Assembly: GCA_000004985.1 (NCBI GenBank)
Contig: GG738852.1
Length of the DNA: 64,000 nt
From: Naegleria gruberi
Lineage: Eukaryota
Reading direction: 5' to 3' (one strand)
A model generated the notes under the pieces. That model saw only the letters and a program-made list of their open reading frames with translations. It did not search any database and was not told the origin of the DNA. Positions 12,001-24,486 of the stretch are shown here, piece after piece. The translations under genes were made by a program, and so were the position numbers. Position 1 is the stretch's first letter, and each line of letters begins with the position of its first letter.

Positions 12001-15000
12001 NNNNNNNNNNNNNNNNNNNNNNNNNNNNNNNNNNNNNNNNNNNNNNNNNNNNNNNNNNNNNNNNNNNNNNNNNNNNNNNNNNNNNNNNNNNNNNNNNNNN
12101 NNNNNNNNNNNNNNNNNNNNNNNNNNNNNNNNNNNNNNNNNNNNNNNNNNNNNNNNNNNNNNNNNNNNNNNNNNNNNNNNNNNNNNNNNNNNNNNNNNNN
12201 NNNNNNNNNNNNNNNNNNNNNNNNNNNNNNNNNNNNNNNNNNNNNNNNNNNNNNNNNNNNNNNNNNNNNNNNNNNNNNNNNNNNNNNNNNNNNNNNNNNN
12301 NNNNNNNNNNNNNNNNNNNNNNNNNNNNNNNNNNNNNNNNNNNNNNNNNNNNNNNNNNNNNNNNNNNNNNNNNNNNNNNNNNNNNNNNNNNNNNNNNNNN
12401 NNNNNNNNNNNNNNNNNNNNNNNNNNNNNNNNNNNNNNNNNNNNNNNNNNNNNNNNNNNNNNNNNNNNNNNNNNNNNNNNNNNNNNNNNNNNNNNNNNNN
12501 NNNNNNNNNNNNNNNNNNNNNNNNNNNNNNNNNNNNNNNNNNNNNNNNNNNNNNNNNNNNNNNNNNNNNNNNNNNNNNNNNNNNNNNNNNNNNNNNNNNN
12601 NNNNNNNNNNNNNNNNNNNNNNNNNNNNNNNNNNNNNNNNNNNNNNNNNNNNNNNNNNNNNNNNNNNNNNNNNNNNNNNNNNNNNNNNNNNNNNNNNNNN
12701 NNNNNNNNNNNNNNNNNNNNNNNNNNNNNNNNNNNNNNNNNNNNNNNNNNNNNNNNNNNNNNNNNNNNNNNNNNNNNNNNNNNNNNNNNNNNNNNNNNNN
12801 NNNNNNNNNNNNNNNNNNNNNNNNNNNNNNNNNNNNNNNNNNNNNNNNNNNNNNNNNNNNNNNNNNNNNNNNNNNNNNNNNNNNNNNNNNNNNNNNNNNN
12901 NNNNNNNNNNNNNNNNNNNNNNNNNNNNNNNNNNNNNNNNNNNNNNNNNNNNNNNNNNNNNNNNNNNNNNNNNNNNNNNNNNNNNNNNNNNNNNNNNNNN
13001 NNNNNNNNNNNNNNNNNNNNNNNNNNNNNNNNNNNNNNNNNNNNNNNNNNNNNNNNNNNNNNNNNNNNNNNNNNNNNNNNNNNNNNNNNNNNNNNNNNNN
13101 NNNNNNNNNNNNNNNNNNNNNNNNNNNNNNNNNNNNNNNNNNNNNNNNNNNNNNNNNNNNNNNNNNNNNNNNNNNNNNNNNNNNNNNNNNNNNNNNNNNN
13201 NNNNNNNNNNNNNNNNNNNNNNNNNNNNNNNNNNNNNNNNNNNNNNNNNNNNNNNNNNNNNNNNNNNNNNNNNNNNNNNNNNNNNNNNNNNNNNNNNNNN
13301 NNNNNNNNNNNNNNNNNNNNNNNNNNNNNNNNNNNNNNNNNNNNNNNNNNNNNNNNNNNNNNNNNNNNNNNNNNNNNNNNNNNNNNNNNNNNNNNNNNNN
13401 NNNNNNNNNNNNNNNNNNNNNNNNNNNNNNNNNNNNNNNNNNNNNNNNNNNNNNNNNNNNNNNNNNNNNNNNNNNNNNNNNNNNNNNNNNNNNNNNNNNN
13501 NNNNNNNNNNNNNNNNNNNNNNNNNNNNNNNNNNNNNNNNNNNNNNNNNNNNNNNNNNNNNNNNNNNNNNNNNNNNNNNNNNNNNNNNNNNNNNNNNNNN
13601 NNNNNNNNNNNNNNNNNNNNNNNNNNNNNNNNNNNNNNNNNNNNNNNNNNNNNNNNNNNNNNNNNNNNNNNNNNNNNNNNNNNNNNNNNNNNNNNNNNNN
13701 NNNNNNNNNNNNNNNNNNNNNNNNNNNNNNNNNNNNNNNNNNNNNNNNNNNNNNNNNNNNNNNNNNNNNNNNNNNNNNNNNNNNNNNNNNNNNNNNNNNN
13801 NNNNNNNNNNNNNNNNNNNNNNNNNNNNNNNNNNNNNNNNNNNNNNNNNNNNNNNNNNNNNNNNNNNNNNNNNNNNNNNNNNNNNNNNNNNNNNNNNNNN
13901 NNNNNNNNNNNNNNNNNNNNNNNNNNNNNNNNNNNNNNNNNNNNNNNNNNNNNNNNNNNNNNNNNNNNNNNNNNNNNNNNNNNNNNNNNNNNNNNNNNNN
14001 NNNNNNNNNNNNNNNNNNNNNNNNNNNNNNNNNNNNNNNNNNNNNNNNNNNNNNNNNNNNNNNNNNNNNNNNNNNNNNNNNNNNNNNNNNNNNNNNNNNN
14101 NNNNNNNNNNNNNNNNNNNNNNNNNNNNNNNNNNNNNNNNNNNNNNNNNNNNNNNNNNNNNNNNNNNNNNNNNNNNNNNNNNNNNNNNNNNNNNNNNNNN
14201 NNNNNNNNNNNNNNNNNNNNNNNNNNNNNNNNNNNNNNNNNNNNNNNNNNNNNNNNNNNNNNNNNNNNNNNNNNNNNNNNNNNNNNNNNNNNNNNNNNNN
14301 NNNNNNNNNNNNNNNNNNNNNNNNNNNNNNNNNNNNNNNNNNNNNNNNNNNNNNNNNNNNNNNNNNNNNNNNNNNNNNNNNNNNNNNNNNNNNNNNNNNN
14401 NNNNNNNNNNNNNNNNNNNNNNNNNNNNNNNNNNNNNNNNNNNNNNNNNNNNNNNNNNNNNNNNNNNNNNNNNNNNNNNNNNNNNNNNNNNNNNNNNNNN
14501 NNNNNNNNNNNNNNNNNNNNNNNNNNNNNNNNNNNNNNNNNNNNNNNNNNNNNNNNNNNNNNNNNNNNNNNNNNNNNNNNNNNNNNNNNNNNNNNNNNNN
14601 NNNNNNNNNNNNNNNNNNNNNNNNNNNNNNNNNNNNNNNNNNNNNNNNNNNNNNNNNNNNNNNNNNNNNNNNNNNNNNNNNNNNNNNNNNNNNNNNNNNN
14701 NNNNNNNNNNNNNNNNNNNNNNNNNNNNNNNNNNNNNNNNNNNNNNNNNNNNNNNNNNNNNNNNNNNNNNNNNNNNNNNNNNNNNNNNNNNNNNNNNNNN
14801 NNNNNNNNNNNNNNNNNNNNNNNNNNNNNNNNNNNNNNNNNNNNNNNNNNNNNNNNNNNNNNNNNNNNNNNNNNNNNNNNNNNNNNNNNNNNNNNNNNNN
14901 NNNNNNNNNNNNNNNNNNNNNNNNNNNNNNNNNNNNNNNNNNNNNNNNNNNNNNNNNNNNNNNNNNNNNNNNNNNNNNNNNNNNNNNNNNNNNNNNNNNN

Positions 15001-18000
15001 NNNNNNNNNNNNNNNNNNNNNNNNNNNNNNNNNNNNNNNNNNNNNNNNNNNNNNNNNNNNNNNNNNNNNNNNNNNNNNNNNNNNNNNNNNNNNNNNNNNN
15101 NNNNNNNNNNNNNNNNNNNNNNNNNNNNNNNNNNNNNNNNNNNNNNNNNNNNNNNNNNNNNNNNNNNNNNNNNNNNNNNNNNNNNNNNNNNNNNNNNNNN
15201 NNNNNNNNNNNNNNNNNNNNNNNNNNNNNNNNNNNNNNNNNNNNNNNNNNNNNNNNNNNNNNNNNNNNNNNNNNNNNNNNNNNNNNNNNNNNNNNNNNNN
15301 NNNNNNNNNNNNNNNNNNNNNNNNNNNNNNNNNNNNNNNNNNNNNNNNNNNNNNNNNNNNNNNNNNNNNNNNNNNNNNNNNNNNNNNNNNNNNNNNNNNN
15401 NNNNNNNNNNNNNNNNNNNNNNNNNNNNNNNNNNNNNNNNNNNNNNNNNNNNNNNNNNNNNNNNNNNNNNNNNNNNNNNNNNNNNNNNNNNNNNNNNNNN
15501 NNNNNNNNNNNNNNNNNNNNNNNNNNNNNNNNNNNNNNNNNNNNNNNNNNNNNNNNNNNNNNNNNNNNNNNNNNNNNNNNNNNNNNNNNNNNNNNNNNNN
15601 NNNNNNNNNNNNNNNNNNNNNNNNNNNNNNNNNNNNNNNNNNNNNNNNNNNNNNNNNNNNNNNNNNNNNNNNNNNNNNNNNNNNNNNNNNNNNNNNNNNN
15701 NNNNNNNNNNNNNNNNNNNNNNNNNNNNNNNNNNNNNNNNNNNNNNNNNNNNNNNNNNNNNNNNNNNNNNNNNNNNNNNNNNNNNNNNNNNNNNNNNNNN
15801 NNNNNNNNNNNNNNNNNNNNNNNNNNNNNNNNNNNNNNNNNNNNNNNNNNNNNNNNNNNNNNNNNNNNNNNNNNNNNNNNNNNNNNNNNNNNNNNNNNNN
15901 NNNNNNNNNNNNNNNNNNNNNNNNNNNNNNNNNNNNNNNNNNNNNNNNNNNNNNNNNNNNNNNNNNNNNNNNNNNNNNNNNNNNNNNNNNNNNNNNNNNN
16001 NNNNNNNNNNNNNNNNNNNNNNNNNNNNNNNNNNNNNNNNNNNNNNNNNNNNNNNNNNNNNNNNNNNNNNNNNNNNNNNNNNNNNNNNNNNNNNNNNNNN
16101 NNNNNNNNNNNNNNNNNNNNNNNNNNNNNNNNNNNNNNNNNNNNNNNNNNNNNNNNNNNNNNNNNNNNNNNNNNNNNNNNNNNNNNNNNNNNNNNNNNNN
16201 NNNNNNNNNNNNNNNNNNNNNNNNNNNNNNNNNNNNNNNNNNNNNNNNNNNNNNNNNNNNNNNNNNNNNNNNNNNNNNNNNNNNNNNNNNNNNNNNNNNN
16301 NNNNNNNNNNNNNNNNNNNNNNNNNNNNNNNNNNNNNNNNNNNNNNNNNNNNNNNNNNNNNNNNNNNNNNNNNNNNNNNNNNNNNNNNNNNNNNNNNNNN
16401 NNNNNNNNNNNNNNNNNNNNNNNNNNNNNNNNNNNNNNNNNNNNNNNNNNNNNNNNNNNNNNNNNNNNNNNNNNNNNNNNNNNNNNNNNNNNNNNNNNNN
16501 NNNNNNNNNNNNNNNNNNNNNNNNNNNNNNNNNNNNNNNNNNNNNNNNNNNNNNNNNNNNNNNNNNNNNNNNNNNNNNNNNNNNNNNNNNNNNNNNNNNN
16601 NNNNNNNNNNNNNNNNNNNNNNNNNNNNNNNNNNNNNNNNNNNNNNNNNNNNNNNNNNNNNNNNNNNNNNNNNNNNNNNNNNNNNNNNNNNNNNNNNNNN
16701 NNNNNNNNNNNNNNNNNNNNNNNNNNNNNNNNNNNNNNNNNNNNNNNNNNNNNNNNNNNNNNNNNNNNNNNNNNNNNNNNNNNNNNNNNNNNNNNNNNNN
16801 NNNNNNNNNNNNNNNNNNNNNNNNNNNNNNNNNNNNNNNNNNNNNNNNNNNNNNNNNNNNNNNNNNNNNNNNNNNNNNNNNNNNNNNNNNNNNNNNNNNN
16901 NNNNNNNNNNNNNNNNNNNNNNNNNNNNNNNNNNNNNNNNNNNNNNNNNNNNNNNNNNNNNNNNNNNNNNNNNNNNNNNNNNNNNNNNNNNNNNNNNNNN
17001 NNNNNNNNNNNNNNNNNNNNNNNNNNNNNNNNNNNNNNNNNNNNNNNNNNNNNNNNNNNNNNNNNNNNNNNNNNNNNNNNNNNNNNNNNNNNNNNNNNNN
17101 NNNNNNNNNNNNNNNNNNNNNNNNNNNNNNNNNNNNNNNNNNNNNNNNNNNNNNNNNNNNNNNNNNNNNNNNNNNNNNNNNNNNNNNNNNNNNNNNNNNN
17201 NNNNNNNNNNNNNNNNNNNNNNNNNNNNNNNNNNNNNNNNNNNNNNNNNNNNNNNNNNNNNNNNNNNNNNNNNNNNNNNNNNNNNNNNNNNNNNNNNNNN
17301 NNNNNNNNNNNNNNNNNNNNNNNNNNNNNNNNNNNNNNNNNNNNNNNNNNNNNNNNNNNNNNNNNNNNNNNNNNNNNNNNNNNNNNNNNNNNNNNNNNNN
17401 NNNNNNNNNNNNNNNNNNNNNNNNNNNNNNNNNNNNNNNNNNNNNNNNNNNNNNNNNNNNNNNNNNNNNNNNNNNNNNNNNNNNNNNNNNNNNNNNNNNN
17501 NNNNNNNNNNNNNNNNNNNNNNNNNNNNNNNNNNNNNNNNNNNNNNNNNNNNNNNNNNNNNNNNNNNNNNNNNNNNNNNNNNNNNNNNNNNNNNNNNNNN
17601 NNNNNNNNNNNNNNNNNNNNNNNNNNNNNNNNNNNNNNNNNNNNNNNNNNNNNNNNNNNNNNNNNNNNNNNNNNNNNNNNNNNNNNNNNNNNNNNNNNNN
17701 NNNNNNNNNNNNNNNNNNNNNNNNNNNNNNNNNNNNNNNNNNNNNNNNNNNNNNNNNNNNNNNNNNNNNNNNNNNNNNNNNNNNNNNNNNNNNNNNNNNN
17801 NNNNNNNNNNNNNNNNNNNNNNNNNNNNNNNNNNNNNNNNNNNNNNNNNNNNNNNNNNNNNNNNNNNNNNNNNNNNNNNNNNNNNNNNNNNNNNNNNNNN
17901 NNNNNNNNNNNNNNNNNNNNNNNNNNNNNNNNNNNNNNNNNNNNNNNNNNNNNNNNNNNNNNNNNNNNNNNNNNNNNNNNNNNNNNNNNNNNNNNNNNNN

Positions 18001-19199
18001 NNNNNNNNNNNNNNNNNNNNNNNNNNNNNNNNNNNNNNNNNNNNNNNNNNNNNNNNNNNNNNNNNNNNNNNNNNNNNNNNNNNNNNNNNNNNNNNNNNNN
18101 NNNNNNNNNNNNNNNNNNNNNNNNNNNNNNNNNNNNNNNNNNNNNNNNNNNNNNNNNNNNNNNNNNNNNNNNNNNNNNNNNNNNNNNNNNNNNNNNNNNN
18201 NNNNNNNNNNNNNNNNNNNNNNNNNNNNNNNNNNNNNNNNNNNNNNNNNNNNNNNNNNNNNNNNNNNNNNNNNNNNNNNNNNNNNNNNNNNNNNNNNNNN
18301 NNNNNNNNNNNNNNNNNNNNNNNNNNNNNNNNNNNNNNNNNNNNNNNNNNNNNNNNNNNNNNNNNNNNNNNNNNNNNNNNNNNNNNNNNNNNNNNNNNNN
18401 NNNNNNNNNNNNNNNNNNNNNNNNNNNNNNNNNNNNNNNNNNNNNNNNNNNNNNNNNNNNNNNNNNNNNNNNNNNNNNNNNNNNNNNNNNNNNNNNNNNN
18501 NNNNNNNNNNNNNNNNNNNNNNNNNNNNNNNNNNNNNNNNNNNNNNNNNNNNNNNNNNNNNNNNNNNNNNNNNNNNNNNNNNNNNNNNNNNNNNNNNNNN
18601 NNNNNNNNNNNNNNNNNNNNNNNNNNNNNNNNNNNNNNNNNNNNNNNNNNNNNNNNNNNNNNNNNNNNNNNNNNNNNNNNNNNNNNNNNNNNNNNNNNNN
18701 NNNNNNNNNNNNNNNNNNNNNNNNNNNNNNNNNNNNNNNNNNNNNNNNNNNNNNNNNNNNNNNNNNNNNNNNNNNNNNNNNNNNNNNNNNNNNNNNNNNN
18801 NNNNNNNNNNNNNNNNNNNNNNNNNNNNNNNNNNNNNNNNNNNNNNNNNNNNNNNNNNNNNNNNNNNNNNNNNNNNNNNNNNNNNNNNNNNNNNNNNNNN
18901 NNNNNNNNNNNNNNNNNNNNNNNNNNNNNNNNNNNNNNNNNNNNNNNNNNNNNNNNNNNNNNNNNNNNNNNNNNNNNNNNNNNNNNNNNNNNNNNNNNNN
19001 NNNNNNNNNNNNNNNNNNNNNNNNNNNNNNNNNNNNNNNNNNNNNNNNNNNNNNNNNNNNNNNNNNNNNNNNNNNNNNNNNNNNNNNNNNNNNNNNNNNN
19101 NNNNNNNNNNNNNNNNNNNNNNNNNNNNNNNNNNNNNNNNNNNNNNNNNNNNNNNNNNNNNNNNNNNNNNNNNNNNNNNNNNNNNNNNNNNNNNNNNNN
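1..19199. other. Assembly gap (run of N)
   Basis: All positions are n; no sequence information. Confidence 0.99.
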
Positions 19200-19484
19200 A
19201 ATTCTGCATTTTTGAAACACTATAATGATTTAGTTGATGAGAATGAAAGAATTAAGAAAGAATTGGCTAGATATAAACAGGCAGTCAGAAATATGAATGA
19301 AATGATTAATCAAATGGTGAGCTGTTTAGATGAGTATCAAGATGTCTTTGCATTGGGAGACTCTATTGTGCATCATGATGATAAAACCATTGTGCTCACC
19401 CATAAAGAGAGAGCAAAGATTTGTGAATTAGGTGAGAAAACCTCTCAAATCATGCATGTTTGCTCTACCTACTTTGACGGTTAA
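19200..19484 (+). CDS. 3' end of a protein-coding gene truncated by the gap; hypothetical protein
   Basis: Reading frame open from the first real base to TAA at 19482-19484. The track ORF 19212..19484 begins at a TTG, not ATG. No recognisable domain. Confidence 0.4.
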   Translation, partial: NSAFLKHYNDLVDENERIKKELARYKQAVRNMNEMINQMVSCLDEYQDVFALGDSIVHHDDKTIVLTHKERAKICELGEKTSQIMHVCSTYFDG

Positions 19485-19675
19485 TTAATATCCAAATTAT
19501 TACGTTTATTGCATACATCATACACTTACAATAACATCTATTATTATTATTAATCTATCATCATATGAGTTTTAATTTTCAACAATAACAAAATATAACA
19601 ACATGATCCGAGGGAGAGAAAATTAATATTTGCCCAATGGTGAATAATAATACAAATAATTATTAGAATAAAAAA

Positions 19676-20695
19676 ATGTCAAACACAACTGCAGCTGAAA
19701 CCTATCTAGTTGGAAGTATTAATAACAAGGAATTTTTATCGAGAGGATTTATTGCAACAAGTTTTCAACAAATTGGACAACCTGCATCTTCTGCTTCATC
19801 GGTGGCTGATTTAGGAATTGATCTTCAAAATGATGATGAAATGATTGCATTTGTATTTAATTCTAAAATATCGGGAGGAAGTGATTCTACATTTATGGAG
19901 TATATAAGTGATATTCCATTCGACCAATTGGAAGAACAAATTCAATCACAAAATGATAACAGTAATGGCTCTTCAATAATTGACCCTAATGCTATAATAC
20001 CCTTGCTGAGAGAAGCTAGTTCTCTTATACGAGTAATTGATGGAAAAGATCCAACCCCAAATAGATTATTGGATGAACCAATTGATTTTAAAAGAGATGG
20101 GCAGAGTAGAGATGCCTTCACATTACAAGAAGGTCCATTTATTCCTACTCCTATCATTCAACCTTTGCTTGTTTTGAAACAATCAACAATTGTACAACCA
20201 CCACCAATTCCACCTCAATATAATAATGCAAATATTCCAACATCAATTTCCTCTCAACAATTACAAAATCAAATCAATCCTACACAAGTACAATCTCACA
20301 CCAGAATGGATTCAATTAAGAAAGAAAATCCAAACATGGAAAATAATGTACCATATCCATCTACACCTCAAGAAGCTGAGAGGATTATAGTAAGAACACC
20401 AATTCAACCAGTTGTTTCAACACCATTATCAAGTTACTCTGCTCAGACACCTCAGTCTGTAGAGAGTTCAATTGATCAATTTTCTGAAAATGGAGAAGAT
20501 AGTGCAGAAAAGAAAAAGAGAAAAAAGGAGAAGAAAGAGAAGAAGGAAAAGAAAGAAAAAAAGAAGGAAAAGAAGGATAAAAAAGAAAAGAAAGAAAAGA
20601 AGGAGAAGAAGGAAAAGAAGAAACGAAAGAAAGATGAAGAAGGCAGTTCTTCTGTTAAAATTACCATTCCAATTCCACAAATTGATCGTCAATAA
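19676..20695 (+). CDS. Hypothetical protein with a C-terminal lysine/glutamate (KEKKE)n repeat tail
   Basis: 339-aa ORF from ATG. Q/N/P/S-rich middle, then about 45 residues of KEKKEKK repeats encoded by a homopurine tract. No family recognised. Confidence 0.5.
   Translation: MSNTTAAETYLVGSINNKEFLSRGFIATSFQQIGQPASSASSVADLGIDLQNDDEMIAFVFNSKISGGSDSTFMEYISDIPFDQLEEQIQSQNDNSNGSSIIDPNAIIPLLREASSLIRVIDGKDPTPNRLLDEPIDFKRDGQSRDAFTLQEGPFIPTPIIQPLLVLKQSTIVQPPPIPPQYNNANIPTSISSQQLQNQINPTQVQSHTRMDSIKKENPNMENNVPYPSTPQEAERIIVRTPIQPVVSTPLSSYSAQTPQSVESSIDQFSENGEDSAEKKKRKKEKKEKKEKKEKKKEKKDKKEKKEKKEKKEKKKRKKDEEGSSSVKITIPIPQIDRQ
20509..20640 (+). repeat. About 130-nt homopurine (A/G only, 3 interruptions) tract encoding the KEKKE repeat
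   Basis: Read directly: aaagaaaaagagaaaaaaggagaagaaagagaagaaggaaaagaaag... with almost no pyrimidines on the + strand. Confidence 0.8.
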
Positions 20696-20784
20696 ATTAT
20701 TGTAAACATTGTGTGGATTATCTATTCTTTTAAAATGATTATCTGAATGGATTGTTAATTGTTTACAAAACTCTAATGTACAAT

Positions 20785-22176
20785 TTATTCTTGAATATTT
20801 CCATATTGTTTTCCAATATTTAATAGCTCAACGAGTACGTCTCGTTCCTTAATGTTAGCATTTAACAGTGACTCATAATTGATGAGTTCCAAATCTCTTT
20901 CTCTAGCTGCATCTCTCATTACTTGTATCATTTCCAATAACTTAGACTTGAGTATGGTGTTTTGCAATAAAAGCTTATTATTGATTGCTTGAAGAGTACC
21001 ATTCTCTTGTTGGAGTAATTCAGTCATTCTGGAATTTTCTTGAGTAATATCTTGAATCTTATCATGAGATCTTGTGAGAATGATTTGAATTGCAGATTCA
21101 TAATTTTCAATCTTGCTATTTTGCATTCTATTAATTTCCTGTTGAATAGCCAATTGTTCTTTCAATTGTTTGATCTGCTCTGCACTACCTTCACTCTTTG
21201 GGATATAGTTAGTCTGTTTAGCAGGTTCAATAAGATTTATACTTGAATTGGCTCGTTCTTCGAGAGTTGAAATTAGATTTGTTAATTGTTCAATTCTTAA
21301 TTTGAGAGTTAGATTTTCCTCATTTTTAAAATCCAATTCAGATTTCAAATCATGAAAAACAGAAGAATCTTGTAACATGGAGGTGCTAACTGTTTGATGA
21401 AGAAATGGTTCCAAATTGAGCATTGATCCAGTATTGATTGATGATGTAGTATTTGTAGTGGTTGTATTTCCCAAAGTATTTTCGAGAGAAATAATTTCAT
21501 CTGCATCGGAAAGTACAATAGAATCATCATTACGAATAATAGCACTACTTTCTAATGCTTCTTCCATAGATGAATTATATTGATTGTGGTAACGTCCAAC
21601 ACTTGGTGATGAATATGAATTAGGATCAATAATACTAGCCTCTCCAACACTTGTATTGAAAGAATTATTCAAAGAGGAAGGTTGGCTCTCGGATATTTTC
21701 CTAATACTTTCCTGTGTTTGTTTTAATTGATGATACAATTGATGAATACTTGATGATAAACCATCAAAAACTTGATTCACTTGTTCATACTCCTTACTAT
21801 GAGAATTTGAATGATTGGATGATATTGGAGAGTTTTCAAAATTTGAATTATTAATAACAGGATCGTCCTTTCTTGGAGTTTGATAATTATGTACAGTTGT
21901 TGGTGTATTTCCCATTGTTCCGAGTGGAATCATTACATTTTGTTTTCCTCCTCTTGATTGCAGACTTCTTCCAACTCCAATTACTGTTGCCGAAGCAGAT
22001 CCATAAGTAGTATTATTATTATTTGTTGTATTTCTTCTTACTCCAGTTTGATTACTTGCCGATATCAGCACTGATGCAGAGGGTATCGTAGAATTTGAAG
22101 AGGGAGGAAGATTTGGCGATGTTGAATTATTATTGTTATTCGTTGTTGCACTAATTACTAGTGGTGTAAGAGGCAT
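20785..22176 (-). CDS. Hypothetical Asn/Ser/Thr-rich protein with a C-terminal coiled-coil
   Basis: Track ORF 20785..22203 starts at TTG. The first ATG (MPLTPLV...) is about 22176. It has poly-N runs, a heptad-like C-terminus (LQAINNKLLLQNTILKSKLLEM...) and a TAA stop. Confidence 0.5.
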   Translation of the reverse strand: MPLTPLVISATTNNNNNSTSPNLPPSSNSTIPSASVLISASNQTGVRRNTTNNNNTTYGSASATVIGVGRSLQSRGGKQNVMIPLGTMGNTPTTVHNYQTPRKDDPVINNSNFENSPISSNHSNSHSKEYEQVNQVFDGLSSSIHQLYHQLKQTQESIRKISESQPSSLNNSFNTSVGEASIIDPNSYSSPSVGRYHNQYNSSMEEALESSAIIRNDDSIVLSDADEIISLENTLGNTTTTNTTSSINTGSMLNLEPFLHQTVSTSMLQDSSVFHDLKSELDFKNEENLTLKLRIEQLTNLISTLEERANSSINLIEPAKQTNYIPKSEGSAEQIKQLKEQLAIQQEINRMQNSKIENYESAIQIILTRSHDKIQDITQENSRMTELLQQENGTLQAINNKLLLQNTILKSKLLEMIQVMRDAARERDLELINYESLLNANIKERDVLVELLNIGKQYGNIQE

Positions 22177-22357
22177 TTTTTCATCAAATTGTCTTCCTCT
22201 CAATATCTACCAGATAATTAATAATACTATAGTATTATTGTTGTAAAGCTAGTAAATAGAGAATTGAAACAAATTGATCGATGAAAACTAATCAAAATAA
22301 CTTGTTCTTATTTTGAATCTATTGAACACTTGATGAAAACGTCACTCTTTGAAAAAA

Positions 22358-24216
22358 ATGAGAAAACGTGGTGATTCATCACCTACCACATCGGAATATT
22401 CTGATGTTACGAACCAACAGGAACAAATCACAACCTCATCATCACCAAGAATAGTACTCGAAGAGATTAATAATGATCACATAATTGTTGGGAATTATCA
22501 TCATCAATCTTCAAAGATATTTGCCAAAGTGGTAAAATTGGAACAATTGGTAAAACAAATTCATCAGAACAAGTATTATATTAAACGTATTAAATTTGTG
22601 AAAGATCAAAGTGAAGAAATAGTTTTAAATGAAAATGAAAAGGAACAATTTACTGATTTGTTGAACAAATTGAGAAGATTGATTCTTTCATCACCCGATC
22701 GTGAATCACTAGAAGAAAATGAAACTACTTTGGGTTGCATTAAAGATTCACTCAGGCAACACGTATGGCCTCTTCTACTTCATGATCCAGATCACTTGTG
22801 TAAGGATAAACAAACAGTATTTCACTTGACCAAGAAACTTGACAAGACTCACGAGCAGTATGAACAAGTGGAAAAGGATGTGGAGAGATCTCTTTTCAAG
22901 TTCTTAGCTCCATTCTTTGGAAGATATAACAAATCTATAGTCTATGTAAATACCTCGAATGCAAGCAGTACTAGTAATCTCTCTGGAGGAGTTTCGAAAA
23001 ATGTGGGTTCAAAAACAATGAATCTCGAACTCAATTACAAGAGAAAAAACCTTAGTCTTGTTGTCAACTCTATATTACAAACTGAAAAGAAATTAAAACA
23101 AAACGAAATTTTGGATGAGGAATCACCGGAGAAGTTGGCAGAAAAAGTTGGTCAATTATATTATTTTCAAGGCTTTCACGAGATTTGCTCAGTACTCTTA
23201 TTAACCTTCCAAGATTCTCTAGAGACAACTTTTAGATGTAGTTATAGACTTGCTATGAATCATTTTCATGATGCTATGCATTCTCTACATTTGGATGCCA
23301 TTATGAAAAAGTGTAGAATGATTATTAAAATTTTGGAAAAGGATGGGCACGACGATATTTGCCAAGTATTGAGGAAGAGTGATATGGATCAAGGACACTA
23401 TGCACTCAGTTGGATCTTGACATGGTTTGCTCATGTCATTGATCAAGACTGCCACGATAAGGAGGATGAAACAGAAACAGTAAGCACTTCCAGCAAAATT
23501 TTGAACGAAAATTGTAAGTATTTATTTTTACATCTTTAGATATATTCAAGATATTCTTTTTAATTTATTTATTTTGATATGTTTTGAAATTAATAGCAAT
23601 CATGCCAACACTTTTCATTGTGCAGACCCTGTTTGATGTCTTCCTTGCTGTTGGTAATCCAATGTTTGTAGTTTATGTAGCAGCCAGTGTTGTAATTGAA
23701 AGAAAGGAAGAATTATTAATCCTAAGAAATGGAGGATCTGTAGCAAGTGTGAGAGAAAAGTTATCTGCAGCATCTGGAGGTAGAACTGAAGTTGACTTCC
23801 CGTTCTCTGCAGACGAAGATGAGGAAAATTTGAACTATGTGGAATTTACTGTAGTATTTGGATTATTAAACAGATTCCCTAAAAATGTTACTCTGAGGTG
23901 GATTGAACGTGTCATTGGAAGGGCTCTCTCAATGTGGAAAGAGCACGACTATAGATCATTATTTGCTACAGAAATTCCAAACGATTCATTCCCATTCCCA
24001 TACATGAAAGAATGCGAACATTTAACAGAAAATTCTCCACCAGACTATTGGAGAGATGAGGAGGAGGAAAGATTGATACAGGAAGCCAAGAGGAAGGCTG
24101 CATCAAAGCATTCAGTAGTACCAGCAACTACCCTCATTGTAGGTGGTATTGCTTTGGCTATAGCAGTTTATATTTCTGCTCAATCATGGTTTTTTCAGTC
24201 GATACCCTTTAAATAG
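22358..24216 (+). CDS. TBC-domain Rab GTPase-activating protein, TBC1D20/Gyp8-like, with a C-terminal transmembrane anchor; 2 exons (about 22358-23513 and 23597-24216)
   Basis: Arg-finger motif VEKDVERSLF (IxxDxxR) and Gln-finger YYFQGFHEI (YxQ). The TBC domain continues in the downstream track ORF (MPTLFIVQTLFDVFLA...). A GTAAGT donor at about 23514 and an aatag acceptor at about 23596 join the frames (T+CA=Ser). Hydrophobic tail IVGGIALAIAVYISAQSWF. First ATG is at 22358; the track start 22349 is TTG. Confidence 0.7.
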
Positions 24217-24449
24217 GGTCATTCCAATATTTTTGAGAAGGTTCGGTAAATTATTGAGATGGATATTAGGAATTGGAATTAGTTGGAAAAGATTTCTTTA
24301 ACAATTTTCAGTAAATGATTTCAGTCCATAAATTCATATTGTTCCAATTAGATATTCAATCCTATGGTTATCGAAACAGAAAGTAATAATACAAATAATT
24401 CTTGACACATTCCTGGAAACAAACGTTAAAAATCGGTTCTTTTCAAAGG

Positions 24450-24462
24450 TTGGCGCCAAAAA
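24450..24462 (+). promoter_or_regulatory. E2F-like site TTGGCGCCAAA, about 27 bp upstream of the start codon
   Basis: Near-palindromic TTTSSCGC/GCGCCAAA core. GCGC is otherwise very rare in this AT-rich window. Confidence 0.45.
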
Positions 24463-24486
24463 AATTACAGATTTTCAGGAAAAAAA

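Noticed and set aside
20468-20705. Three overlapping ORFs (74, 77 and 63 aa) of poly-F/L/S or poly-K/R composition
   Set aside because: They are alternative-frame and antisense translations of the homopurine KEKKE-coding tract of gene 19676..20695, not independent genes
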